Source: Thalia democratica (Eukaryota). From it: 64,000 nucleotides of DNA. Within the stretch, counting starts at the first letter, position 1. The number at the start of each line of letters is the position of its first letter. The notes beneath the pieces were generated by a model. That model did not search any database. It had not been told where the DNA came from and was given only the letters and a program-made list of their open reading frames with translations. Below are positions 1 to 11,460 of this stretch, piece after piece. The position numbers and the translations under genes are program-made. The DNA lies in assembly GCA_965202585.1 (NCBI GenBank), contig OZ241832.1, positions 23,250,001 through 23,314,000 on the forward strand. The letters run 5' to 3'.

Positions 1-494
1 AAAGATAGAAATAGTTCTTTTTTATCATTAGTTCTATTTAATTTATTTTGCGGAGTTGGCATTTTTTAAAAAATCAATGTATTAGAAACAATTTTATTAC
101 ATTTATTTTAATAAGTTTATTCCCACCTATATAAAATTTTTGTACTAAAGTCTTTTGTAATTAATAAAAACAATCATTCTAACCATTAGCTTAAATTTAG
201 TAGCCTAATACTAAATAAAATTTTGCTTTATTATAGGTTAAAATTCAATGCTATAACTCTACAATAGTGAATGAAAGTTTTTTTAATAAGAATTAATGCG
301 GAAAATAAAAAAATTATACTATTTTTATATAAAGATAACTGGTATAAGTTCTGTTCTAGTTTTGACTTAAAACGAGAGAAAAGTGAAGATGAGAGAACAT
401 TTTTGTCACTAGTAGGCGCTCTTATTTTCTTCTAGCCGAGGTTCGTAACTATAGAATATATTTTGACACATCTTCAAATTCTTATTCATAGACA

Positions 495-660
495 TTAGCA
501 GCATCTAAGGGTAGCAAGAAAGTGGTAAAAGACGTCCCAGCTAAGGTAGCTAAAAAAAGTGCAAGTTTCATTGTAAGGAAAGCTTCAGCATTAACGTGTA
601 CAAAGTGCTCATGCAAGTACACCCTGATACTGGATTTCCAGCAAAGCTTTGAGCATCATA
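495..660 (+). pseudogene. H2B: Histone H2B pseudogene, 3'-truncated (copy A)
   Basis: Translates with frameshifts to [48 protein letters not shown] (H2[28 protein letters not shown]). ATG replaced by TTA; the match stops after SII. Confidence 0.9.
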
Positions 661-1075
661 GAGTATTTAGAAGTAGGAGTTGAAGGTTAAAAATATTTAG
701 AGCAGCACTGTGTGTTAGATTAGCAAAGATCTATTTTATTTAGTGAGTTAATGAATTTTTATTAAACATTTTTATAACTGTTTTTCATCTATATCAAATT
801 TAGGTACTAAAATTTGTTGTCAAGATAGAAAAAAATCATTTTCATCATTAGCTTTGTTTTATACAGTTTTTAATTTTAGAAAAAGTTGCCATTTTGTAAT
901 TAAACATATTAGAAATGAATATCAAAAAAAAATGTTTAATTATAACTAAAGTAATTTAAGCCATTTTTAACGAGACAACATATTTTATCACTTGTGGGCG
1001 CTCTTATTTTTATTAGCTGAGGTTCATAAATATTGGATATAGTGAGACACATCTTGCAAAACTTGTTCATTGACA

Positions 1076-1360
1076 ATAGCGGAATCCAAAGGTAGCAAGA
1101 AAGTAGTTAAGGACGTCCCAGCTTAAAGTAGCTAAAACAAAGTGTAGGTCTCATTGTAAGGAAAGCTTCAGTATCAACGTGTACAAGTTTTTCAAGCAAG
1201 TACACCTTAATTACTTGATTTTCAAGCGAGGCCTTGAACATCATGAAGTCTTTTGTCAACGATATGTTCGAGCGCATTGCCACCAAAGCTACACATTTGG
1301 CTCACTACAACAAGCGTTTAACCATCAGCAGCCGCAAAAATTAAATATGGTGTTCGTCTA
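1076..1360 (+). pseudogene. H2B: Histone H2B pseudogene, near-complete histone fold (copy B)
   Basis: ..[16 protein letters not shown]..(frameshifts)..[35 protein letters not shown] matches H2B [37 protein letters not shown]. Start ATG>ATA; the C-terminal helix is missing. Confidence 0.92.
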
Positions 1361-1777
1361 AGAAAGCTGTGTGGTTTTTACCTAATTCAAAAATTCAAAA
1401 CTTTAGGGTGTCAATTTTCCATTCAAAAATAGATTACTTTGATAAAATAGGATAAATAAATTTTAAGTTAAATAACCATTGATATTTGCTGTAGGCAGTT
1501 GGTAATATCAATTGTTTGTAGATGAGCTAGCGATAAGAACCTAGTTTTAATTAACTATTAAGGGTAGATTTTTATTTATTTAAAGTCAAGCTAGACAGAC
1601 TAAAATGTTTTAACTCTTATGCATTTTCTTTTTTTTTATTCTTAAGTTATTGTCAAACGACTAAAATCCTATCTTTTAACTGCTATTTAATTAAATTTTT
1701 TTTTATATCTAATGGTATTTAGTGTTTATTTGTATTGTAACTAGTTTAATATTTCAGATATTTAAACAAAACAAAAT

Positions 1778-3320
1778 ATGGAAAACATTTTGAGACTAAC
1801 CATTGGAAAGAATAACATTGATGAAGGTTTATTAAAGGCACTTCTAATAAGCATGTGGCCAAAAATCAAGAAAGTTCACATTACTCAAAAAGCCAGTTAT
1901 GTGGTATTCTCAACTGTTGAAGAAGCAAAACAAATGCTGGATTCCAAATCAATGAATCTTGAAGGTTACTTGGTAAAAGTAGAGAAGCTAGATAGAAAGA
2001 CAAGAAAAGATTTCAAAAGTTTAAGCAAGATTGCTTCAACTGAAAATAAATGTGACACGCTATCAAATGAACTTACCTGTTTACAAACGCAGATTGAAAC
2101 AGAGACTGTTTCTGACAAAAGTAATCAAAACAATAATAAAAAGAAACGTGCCTACTCATCGGTAAGCATTTATATTATACATCAAAGTATAACAAAGTAA
2201 GATAAAACATCATAAAATTGTTTGTTTTCTTAATTGTTTACAGTTTTTTAAGTCTATATAGTTTATGACTTTGGTTAAAATATTAGAAACAGACTAAAAA
2301 TTTATAATATTATATTTAGCATTTAGTAACGCTTAACACTGTCTTATATACAATAGAAATAGGAGTATAATTGATTTTAATTTATCAAACTATTTATCTT
2401 TATAGATATTACGAAACAATACCAAAACAATGACAACACCCAAAGTTAAGAATAGACGTATAAGTAAAAACTATACTCAGTTGTTTTCAAAATTAAAAAC
2501 AAACAAGTATCTTGAAGAAATCGAAACATCAAAATGGTTGAAATGTTTAAACAACTCAATGAAACAACATACTTGGCACCAAAATGTTATGCAAAGTTTT
2601 GTTAAAAAAGACCAATTTGCTTCTATTCAAATGAGTTGCAGTGATCTTTGGTCAATAGCAAACGAACAAAGCTACATAGAAGATCCTGTTTTAGACGCAG
2701 TCCTAAACGACAGTTTTAAGGTTCACAAACAAATAGGGTTTATTGAAACAAGTGTTTTTAATGCAATTGAAAACCCTTACTTCAGGGAAACGACTGTAAC
2801 TCCTTTCAAAAATGATAAAGACGCGTACGTTGCCGTCAAGAACATCAACTTTTTAAACAAAACACTTTATGTTGTGGATCCAAGGCAAAATGATAAGCAG
2901 ATAAAAACAGCAAGAAAAGTTATGAAAGCTTTTAAACAAGTGCACCATAACGAAATCAATGCAATTGAAACATCGAAATGGAACTTTATGAGCGATGAAT
3001 GGAACTTTGATTGTATTCAGCACAATATTCAGAGAGATTGTGTCAACTGCGGTATTTATTGCATGGAATACGCTTTGAAAGTTAAAAATGATTTTCCTAT
3101 TAAACCTTCGTACTTACTCGTTGAAAGTAACTTTAATGATAAAAGGCAGTTTTATACCGCAATGTTACTAAACGTTTCAAAACCAAAGCTTAAAGTCGAT
3201 AATGAAACAATAAAAGAAGAAGAAAAAGAATTTATTGAACATCCTTATTATGTGAGTAAAAGTTTAGATGAAGACGGATCAGGATTGGTTATAACATTAA
3301 AAAGAAAAAAAAAAACTTGA
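1778..3320 (+). CDS. RRM-like + Ulp1/SENP (peptidase C48) protein, copy 1, lacking the catalytic His; join(1778..2161,2406..3320), 432 aa
   Basis: Exon 1 has an RRM-like pattern (LRLTIGKN..KVHITQKASYVVFSTVEEAKQML..GYLVKVE). Donor TCG|gtaagc at 2161 and acceptor tttatag|ATA at 2406 are both phase 0 and in frame with the 2430 ORF. Exon 2 has VVDP and QRDCVNCGIYC, but a 30-nt in-frame deletion at 2845/2846 removes NNNHWIFVFL relative to copy 2. Confidence 0.75.
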
Positions 3321-6300
3321 AAAACGAAAGTAGAATCTGAAAGAGATATTTTTTAACTGGTTTATTTTATTATGTTTTATGAAACTTAATTTTTACTCAT
3401 TTTCGCTACAATAAACAAAACAATTTACCAAAATAAACAATACTTGTTTTTTTTATACTTGTATAGTTTTTTACAGTAAGAAAAATAATTGCACGACATA
3501 AAGTATTTTGTTTGGGTTTATTAAACTGGTAGTCAAATGTTTTAGAAAAAATATTAGATTAAATTTAAAACTAGAGCTATAGCTTTACTTAATCTAGCTA
3601 ACTTTTAAATGTACTAGATACCAGTAGCGACGCGGGGTAATTTTGATAGGGTCGCGGAAATACTATGCAATCAGGCAAATCCCCAAATAATTGTCTTTAG
3701 CCTTGAGTGCTTCGGTTCTCGTACTCTGCACTTAATGACTTGCTTGTTGAGAAGGACTGTTTTATAAATTTCTAGCGTAGCCTGCTTATTTGATTGCTTC
3801 CCTACGCCTGCCTGCTAAGTCGCTACTTTTTTAGACTTCGAGCTGACACTGTTTAATTTGCGTGTTGCTGCTGCTTAGCTATTAGTTTCACTCGCTCGAT
3901 CGCTTCTGTTTGAATTTAGTACATATTTTATGTATAACAGCCGAAAACTAGTTTTGAAATTCACATGGTGTTAAACTTTATCAAGAATTTCGCTGTTCAT
4001 AAGAATTCTGTCATGAAAATTACAACACGTTTAAAATGCAGCTGACACAGACTAAGCTTTTATCAAACTATAGGAAAATTTCAAATATAAAGTAAAAAAA
4101 CTTAACAAAATAGTATTTAGCAGGAAAATTAATTTTTGAGCTTTACAATAAAGTTTTTCAAAATTAGTTTGACTTGGTATATTAAAAAGCAGGTCTCTAT
4201 TTGAAGCAGAGTCCTCAAAAGCTTAAACTAAACGACTAAAACTTTTTAAAACTTTATTTATTTTTTTCAGGTGTAGTAACAGCTGCAGCGTTCTGCGCCA
4301 GGCCTCTCCATTGATTTTTTAACTAATAAATTAAAAACACTTGATTATGCTTCGTAAATTAATAATACTTTTATTTTTTTTAATGTTAAAAAATATCTAG
4401 AAATCCTTAGTCAAATAACTATGAATTTATTTTAGTTTATCAAAATTAATACTTAAATAGTGACTTAATACTCATTTACTTTTTATACTGGTTTCAAATG
4501 TCAAACCTCACTTTTAAAAGGGAACGGGTCAGAAAAGCACGTGCGTCATTTTAGTAAGGGGTGATTTTTTTGCACGAATTTACTTTAGCACAAAGTGACA
4601 CTTAAGTATGGAGTAACACTTTAGCACAAAAAAAAACTTTAGCACGGCTGTCTTTCTTCAATAATGCATAACATTTTTACTGTTTTTTTTAAATCTAAAA
4701 ACATATCATGCAGTATGTAGACTAAAAGTTAAACCACTTTAAATATGTTACAAGTTAAATCTTTAACTGGAAATTCATGTTTAATTGAAAGTACAACATT
4801 TTATTTAAAAGCAAACCGTATTTTTTTTAATAAAAATATAAGACTAAATTAAAAGTTATACTAAATCAATTTACACTAGATTTTCTGGAGCTAAGAATAA
4901 ACAGCAAAAAAAAAGTCTTAGGCGTTTGTAAGGTAAATTTGAAACTTATACTAGATATTATGGTAAAAAGTAGGAAAATAGGGGTCCACAAACTGTAAAA
5001 GGGGAAGCCACTTGGCCACAATTTAAAACTTATTCTAGATATTTCGGAGTTAATGACAAGATGCAAAAGAATATTCGTAGGCGTTTTTAATGGTATTTTA
5101 AAAACTTGTACTAGATATCAAGTAAAAATACTATAAAATTTAGTAGGTCACAAGGAAATAATTTAAAACTTACACTAGATACTTTAGAGTTGATGATGAA
5201 CACAACAAAATGTCTTAAGTGATTTTAGTAATAGTTTTTGGAGAATTTTTTTTTGATGCGGCTATAGCTTTTTAGTTTTATTAAAGGCCATATCAAAATA
5301 AGTTTAGGACAACCTAGTTTAGGGTAAAAATTTGTTCACATAGTTATACCTACAAAGTGCTAACAACATTTAGCTTTTTTTTTGATAAATTTAACAAATT
5401 TTTTGTTTACTGTCTTAAAATGTTTTGCATTAGAGCTAAAGTTAAAAAAAAACTGTAAGCTTGTGAATAAAAACAAGCATGCAAACATAAAAAATGATTA
5501 TTTTCAAGTATTTATAAATAAAAGTCTAAAAGTCGCTTTAAACATACTTTTAAAGCTGAAAACCACGTTGCAGATCAGGAATATTTTCAAAACAGGAAGT
5601 CTAATAAACATGACCATGTGTTGATACTATTATATAAAACTTGTTTAGCATTAGTTAAAAAATAATAATTAATAAGTTTTACAATCTAATAAACGAATGC
5701 AGCATTTAAAAAACAGATAAAATTTATAACTGTAACCTACAAAAATGGTGTTTTTTTACCTGGCAAACACCAATTATAACCAACATTGAACTGTAGTTAT
5801 GGTTATAATGTATATTAAACCTATAAAATAACCCGTATTAAATAAATACTAAAAGTAAGCTAGCTAATACTGATATATAACAATACTTAAGGCTACTCTA
5901 TATAAAACTGTGCATAACATAAATGAACACAGTTTATATATAAAGAACATCATACTTCAGAAAACACTTTAGATGTGGTAAATATATTTAAACAAAAATT
6001 TTATCTAACAGAAATACACTTTAAGATGATTTAATTAAGATGTTTTATCCTGAGCAGGCTGGGACTATAAAAAATGTCACTGCCCAAAATCAGTATAAAT
6101 ATAGCTGAATATAGCATAAAAAACATTTCATCAGATTCGTTTCTTCTTAATGTAACTCTATTCTACATAATTTAGTATTAAATTAAATGGTAGAGCAGTG
6201 TAGCTGGTATTTCATTGCAAATTTCTACCTATACCAAACTCAAGTACTAAAATCTGATGTAAAGACTAAAAAAGTTCATTTAAATCATCAGCTTTATTTT

Positions 6301-6596
6301 TGTAGTCTAATGCTTGTTAAAAATTTGCCTTATTATAAGTAAAATCAATGCTATAAATATACAATAATGAATAAAACTTTTTTTTCTAATAAAAACTAAA
6401 GAGGAAAACAAAATCTTACACTATTTTTATTTTAAGATAGTTTGAGTCAGTTCTTTTCTTGTTCTAAATTAAAAAGAGAGAGAAAAGAAGATGAGAGAAC
6501 ATTTTGATCACTAGTTGGTGCTCTTATTTTCTTCTAGCCGAGGATCGTAACTTTAGGATATAATAAGACACATCTTCAAAATGTTATTCATAGACA

Positions 6597-6763
6597 GTGG
6601 CAGCATCCAAAGATAGCTTGAAAGTAGTAAAGGACGTCCCAGCTAAGGTAGCTAAAGAAAAGTCCAGGTTTCATTAAAGGAAAGCTTTAGCATCAACGTG
6701 TACAAAGTACTCAAGCAAGTACACCCTGATACTGGAATCCTCAGCAAAGCTATAAACATCATA
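6597..6763 (+). pseudogene. H2B: Histone H2B pseudogene, 3'-truncated (copy C)
   Basis: [29 protein letters not shown] preceded by the same [13 protein letters not shown] tail; ATG>GTG. Confidence 0.9.
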
Positions 6764-7409
6764 GATTATTCAGAGGTAGGAGCTGATATTAATGTAAAGC
6801 AGAATTGTGTTTATTTAGCAAAGATTTTCTTTATTTAGAAAGTTTATGAATTTTTATTAAATACTTTTATAATAGTTTTACACCTGTATTAAATTTAGGT
6901 ACTAACATCTTTTGTAAAGATAGAAAAAGTTCATTTTCATCATTAGTTCTATTTTATTTATTTTGCGGAGTTGGCACTTTTTTTTTAAATCAATATATTA
7001 GAAACAATTTTATTACATTTATTTTAATAAGTTTATTCCAACCTATATAAAATTTTTGTACTAAAGTCTTTTCTAATTAATAAGAAAGTTCATTCTTACC
7101 ATTAGTTTAAATTTAGTAGCCTAATACTTAATAAAATTTTGCTTTATTATAGGGTAAAATTCAATGCTATAAATTTACAATAGTGAATGAAAATATTTTA
7201 ATAAGAATTAATGTGGAAAGTAAAAAAATTACACTATTTTTATATAAAGCTAACTGGTATAAGTTCTGTTCTAGTTTTGACTTAAAACGAGAGAAAAGTG
7301 AAGATGAGAGAACATTTTTGTCACTAGTAGGCGCTCTTATTTTCTTCTAGCCGAGGTTCGTAACTATAGAATATATTTTGACACATCTTCAAATTCTTAT
7401 TCATAGACA

Positions 7410-7575
7410 TTAGCAGCATCTAAGGGTAGCAAGAAAGTGGTAAAGGACGTCCCAGCTAAGGTAGCTAAATAAAGAGCAGGTTTCATTGTAAGGAAAGCTT
7501 CAGCATTAACGTGTACAAAGTGCTCATGCAAGTACACCCTGATACTGGATTTCCAGCAAAGCTTTGAGCATCATA
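7410..7575 (+). pseudogene. H2B: Histone H2B pseudogene, 3'-truncated (copy A')
   Basis: Near-identical to 495-660. Confidence 0.9.
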
Positions 7576-7989
7576 GAGTATTTAGAAGTAGGAGCTGAAG
7601 GTTAAAAACATTTAGAGCAGCACTGTGTGTTAGATTAGCAAAGATCTATTTTATTTAGTGAGTTAATGAGTTTTTATTAAACATTTTTAAAACTGTTTTT
7701 CATCTATCTCAAATTTAGGTACTAAAATTTGTTGTCAAGATAGAAAAAAAATCATTTTCATCATTAGCTTTGTTTTATACAGTTTTTAATTTTAGAAAAA
7801 GTTGCCATTTTGTAATTAAACATATTACAATGAATATCAAAAAAAAGTTTAATTATAACTAAAGTAATTTAAGCCATTTTTTAACGAGATAACATATTTT
7901 ATCACTTGTGGGCGCTCTTATTTTTATTAGCTGAGGTTCGTAAACATTGGATATAGTGAGACACATCTTGCAAAACTTATTCATTGACA

Positions 7990-8274
7990 ATGGCAGCATC
8001 CAAAGGTATCAAGAAAGTAGTTAAGGACGTCCCAGCTTAAGGTAGCTAAAACAAAGTGTAGGTCTCATTGTAAGGAAAGCTTCAGTATCAACGTGTACAA
8101 GTTTTTCAAGCAAGTACACCTTAATTACTTGATTTTCAAGCGAGGCCTTGAACATCATGAAGTCTTTTGTCAACGATATGTTCGAGCGCATTGCCACCAA
8201 AGCTACACACTTGGCTCACTACAACAAGCGTTTAACCACCAGCAGTCGCAAAAATTAAATATGGTGTTCGTCTA
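7990..8274 (+). pseudogene. H2B: Histone H2B pseudogene, near-complete histone fold (copy B')
   Basis: Retains ATG (MAASKGIKKVVKDVPA*), then a stop and frameshifts; downstream [29 protein letters not shown]. Confidence 0.92.
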
Positions 8275-8691
8275 AGAAAGCTGTGTGGTTTTTACCTAAT
8301 TCAAAAATTCAAAACTTTAGGGTGTCAATTTTCCATTTAAAAATAGACTACTTTGATAAAATAGGATAAATGAATTTTAAGTTAAATAACCATTGATATT
8401 TGCTGTAGGCAGTTGGTAATATCAATTGTTTGTAGATGAGCTAGCAATAAGAACCTAGTTTTAATTAACTAGTAAGGGTAGATTTTTATTTATTTAAAGT
8501 CAAGCTAGACAGACTAAAATGTTTTAGCTCTTATGCATTTTCTTTTTTTTTATTCTTAAGTTATTGTCAAACGACTAAAATCCTATGTTTTAACTGCTAT
8601 TTAATTAAATTTTCTTCTATATCTTGTTGTATTTAGTGTTTATTTGTATTGTAACTAGTTTAATATTTCAGATACTTAAACAAAACAAAAT

Positions 8692-9074
8692 ATGGAAAAC
8701 GTTTTGAGACTAATCATTTGAAAGAATAACATTGATGAAGGTTTATTAAAGGCACTTCTAATAAGCATGTGGCCAAAAATCGAGAAAGTTCACATTACTC
8801 AAAAAGCCAGTTATGTGGTATTCTCAACTGTTGAAGAAGCAAAACAAATGCTGGATTCCAAATCAATGAATCTTGAAGGTTACTTGGTAAAAGTAGAGAA
8901 GCTAGATAGAAAGACAAGAAAAGATTTCAAAAGTTTAAGCAAGATTGCTTCAACTGAAAATAAATGTGACACGCTATCAAATGAAATTACCTGTTTACAA
9001 ACGCAGATTGAAACAGAGACTGTTCCTGACAAAAGTCATCAACACAACAATAAGAAAAACGTGCCTACTCATCG
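8692..9074 (+). pseudogene. Disrupted RRM-like exon of the RRM-Ulp1 gene, copy 2
   Basis: Homologous to 1778-2161, but codon 10 is TGA (8719-8721; GGA in copy 1) and a 1-nt deletion in the A-run before the donor (9074) shifts the frame. Confidence 0.8.
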
Positions 9075-9341
9075 GTAAGCATTTATATGATACATCAAAG
9101 TATAACAAAGTAAGATAAAACATCATAAAATTGTTTGTTTTCTTAATTATTTACAGTTTTTTAAGTCTATATAGTTTATGACTTTGGTTAAAATATTAGA
9201 AACAGACTAAAAATTTATAATATTATACTAGCATTTAGTAACGCTTAACACTGTCTTATATACAATAGAAATAGGAGTATAATTGATTTTTATTTGTCAA
9301 ACTATTTATCTTTATAGATATTACGAAACAATACCAAAACA

Positions 9342-10271
9342 ATGACAACACCCAAAGTTAAGAATAGACGTATTAGTAAAAACTATACTCAGTTGTTTTC
9401 AAAATTAAAAACAAGCAAGTATCTTGAAGAAATCGAAACATCAAAATGGTTGAAATTTTTAAACAACTCAATGAAACAACATACTTGGCACCAAAATGTT
9501 ATGCAAAGTTTTGTTAAAAAAGACCAATTTGCTTCGATTCAAATGAGTTGCAGTGATCTTTGGTCAATAGCAAACGAACAACGCTACATAGAAGATCCAG
9601 TTTTAGACGCAGTCCTAAACGACAGTTTTAAGGATCACAAACAAATAGGGTTTATTGAAACAAGTGTTTTTAATGCAATTGAAAACCCTTACTTCAGTGA
9701 AAAGACTGTGAATCCTTTCAAAAATGATAAAGACGCGTACGTTGCCGTCAAGAACATAAACAACAATCACTGGATATTTGTTTTCCTCAACTTTTTAAAC
9801 AAAACACTTTATGTTGTGGATCCAAGGCGGAGTGATGAGCAGATAGAAACAGCAAGAAAAGTTATGAAAGCTTTTAAACAAGTGCACCATAACGAAATCA
9901 ATGCAAGTGAAACATCGAAATGGAACTTTATGAGCGATGAATGGAACTTTGATTGTATTCAGCACAATATTCAGAGAGATTGTGTCAACTGCGGTATTTA
10001 TTGCATAGAATACGCTTTGAAAGTTAAAAATGATTTTCCTATTAAACCTTCGTACTTACTCGTTGAAAGTAACTTTAATGATAAAAGGCAGTTTTATACC
10101 GCAATGTTACTAAACGTTTCAAAACCAAAGCTTAAAGTCGATAATGAAACAATAAAAGAAGAAGAAAAAGAATTTATTGAACATCCTTATTATGTGAGTA
10201 AAATTTTAGATGAAGACGGATCAGGATTGGTTATAACATTAAGAAGAAAAAAACTTGAAAAACAAAAGTAG
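9342..10271 (+). CDS. Ulp1/SENP-family cysteine protease (peptidase C48) with intact catalytic residues, 309 aa
   Basis: NNNHWIFVFL (His 9768-9770), VVDP (Asp 9819-9821) and QRDCVNCGIYC (Gln 9972-9974, Cys 9990-9992) give the His-Asp-Gln-Cys order of C48 proteases. The ORF is uninterrupted from ATG 9342. Confidence 0.8.
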   Translation: MTTPKVKNRRISKNYTQLFSKLKTSKYLEEIETSKWLKFLNNSMKQHTWHQNVMQSFVKKDQFASIQMSCSDLWSIANEQRYIEDPVLDAVLNDSFKDHKQIGFIETSVFNAIENPYFSEKTVNPFKNDKDAYVAVKNINNNHWIFVFLNFLNKTLYVVDPRRSDEQIETARKVMKAFKQVHHNEINASETSKWNFMSDEWNFDCIQHNIQRDCVNCGIYCIEYALKVKNDFPIKPSYLLVESNFNDKRQFYTAMLLNVSKPKLKVDNETIKEEEKEFIEHPYYVSKILDEDGSGLVITLRRKKLEKQK

Positions 10272-10581
10272 AATCTGAAAGAGATAATTTTTAACTGGTT
10301 TATTTTATTATGTTTTATGAAACTTAATTTTTACTCATTTTCGCTACAATAAACAAAACAATTTACTAAAATAAACAATACTTGTTTTTTTATACTTGTA
10401 TAGTTTTTTACAGTAAGACAAAGAGTTGCACGACATAAAGTATTTTGTTTGGGTTTATTAAACGGGTAGTCAAATGTTTTAGAAAAAAATAAGATTAAAC
10501 TTTATTCTAGAGCTATAGCTATACTTAAACTAGCTAACTTTTAAATGTACTAGATACCTGTAGCGACGCGGGGTAGTTTTG

Positions 10582-11460
10582 ATAGGGTCGAGGAAATACT
10601 ATCAAAGAAAAGTTATAACAAGAGCTAGAAGTTCAACAGCTTTTAAAATGATTGGCCCTCAGAATTGTCTAGTATACTTAAAACTTCCTTACCTTGGAAA
10701 TATTTCTGAGAGGTTTTCTAAAAAAATTTCAGATGAAATAAGCCAAGTTTTCAGCTTTGTTCATTTAAGAACAGTTTTGTATACTCATCGACCTCTAAAT
10801 GGAATTTACAAAGATGTTTCTCCTACCCATGAAAAAAGTAACATCATCTTTAAATTTAGTTGTCACTGTGGTAGTGACTAAGTGGGAAAAAAATCTCAAA
10901 GGTTTCATGTAAGAATCGATCAACATGTTCCGAAAGTCTTGAAAAAGTGGTTTGATGGCCGTCTGAGAAACCAACTAAAAACTACTTCTCGGCGATTGGG
11001 CAAAATTTGTTGGACAATCCTGAGTGTGTTAAAAATTATAAAAAGGACAATTTTTCAGTCTTAGTGAGAGCGGAGAACTCTTTGCAATTGCATTTTCTGG
11101 AAGCCTTATGTATTCAATCTTTAAGGCCCAGTTTATGTAAGCAGAAAAAGTTCGTTTACCAAACTAGACTTTTTAAATCCTTATATTAGTAATTTTAAAG
11201 TAATTAGTCTCTTGTTAAACTTTATATTTAAGCATAGTTTTAATCTAAAACTTTTATCGCTTCTTTATTTAGATTGTTTTAATTCTACTGAGTTTTATTA
11301 GTATACTAAATTTGTTTAGCATTATCACTTATTTAATTTTTAACATTTAATTATTACGTCATTCTATATCTTAAAACTTTAAACTGCATTATAATTTATT
11401 TCAATTTTTATTCATTCCAATTTAGTAGGAAACTATTTCTGACGAGTCCTACTTGAAAGT
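10582..11460 (+). mobile_element. 5'-truncated Penelope-like retroelement (linker + GIY-YIG endonuclease, decayed 3' hammerhead motif)
   Basis: VYLKLPYLG..KDVSPTHEKSNIIFKFSCHCGSD*VGKKSQRFHVRIDQHVP..HLLDNPEC..FLEALCIQSLRPSLCKQK is the PLE GIY-YIG domain with a stop and a frameshift. CTGACGAGTCC..GAAA at 11439-11458. Confidence 0.85.

Larger units (their letters stand above)
1..3665. repeat. Tandem segmental duplication, copy 1 (continues left of the window); period ~6914 bp
   Basis: 1-3665 aligns colinearly with ~6915-10581 (ORF offsets 1179/8093 = 6914, 2430/9342 = 6912). Similarity ends at GGAAATACT(AT), ~3663 and ~10583. Confidence 0.95.
6915..10581. repeat. Tandem segmental duplication, copy 2
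   Basis: Colinear high-identity match to 1-3665; ends at the junction with the Penelope-like fragment. Confidence 0.95.

Noticed and set aside
1179-1361. ORF-track 60-aa ORFs at 1179 and 8093
   Set aside because: Frameshifted read-throughs of H2B pseudogenes, not independent genes.
4866-5624. ORF-track ORFs 4866-5066 and 5382-5624
   Set aside because: Low-complexity AT-rich frames; the first overlaps a degenerate AAAACTTATACTAGATA repeat. No motifs or splice support.
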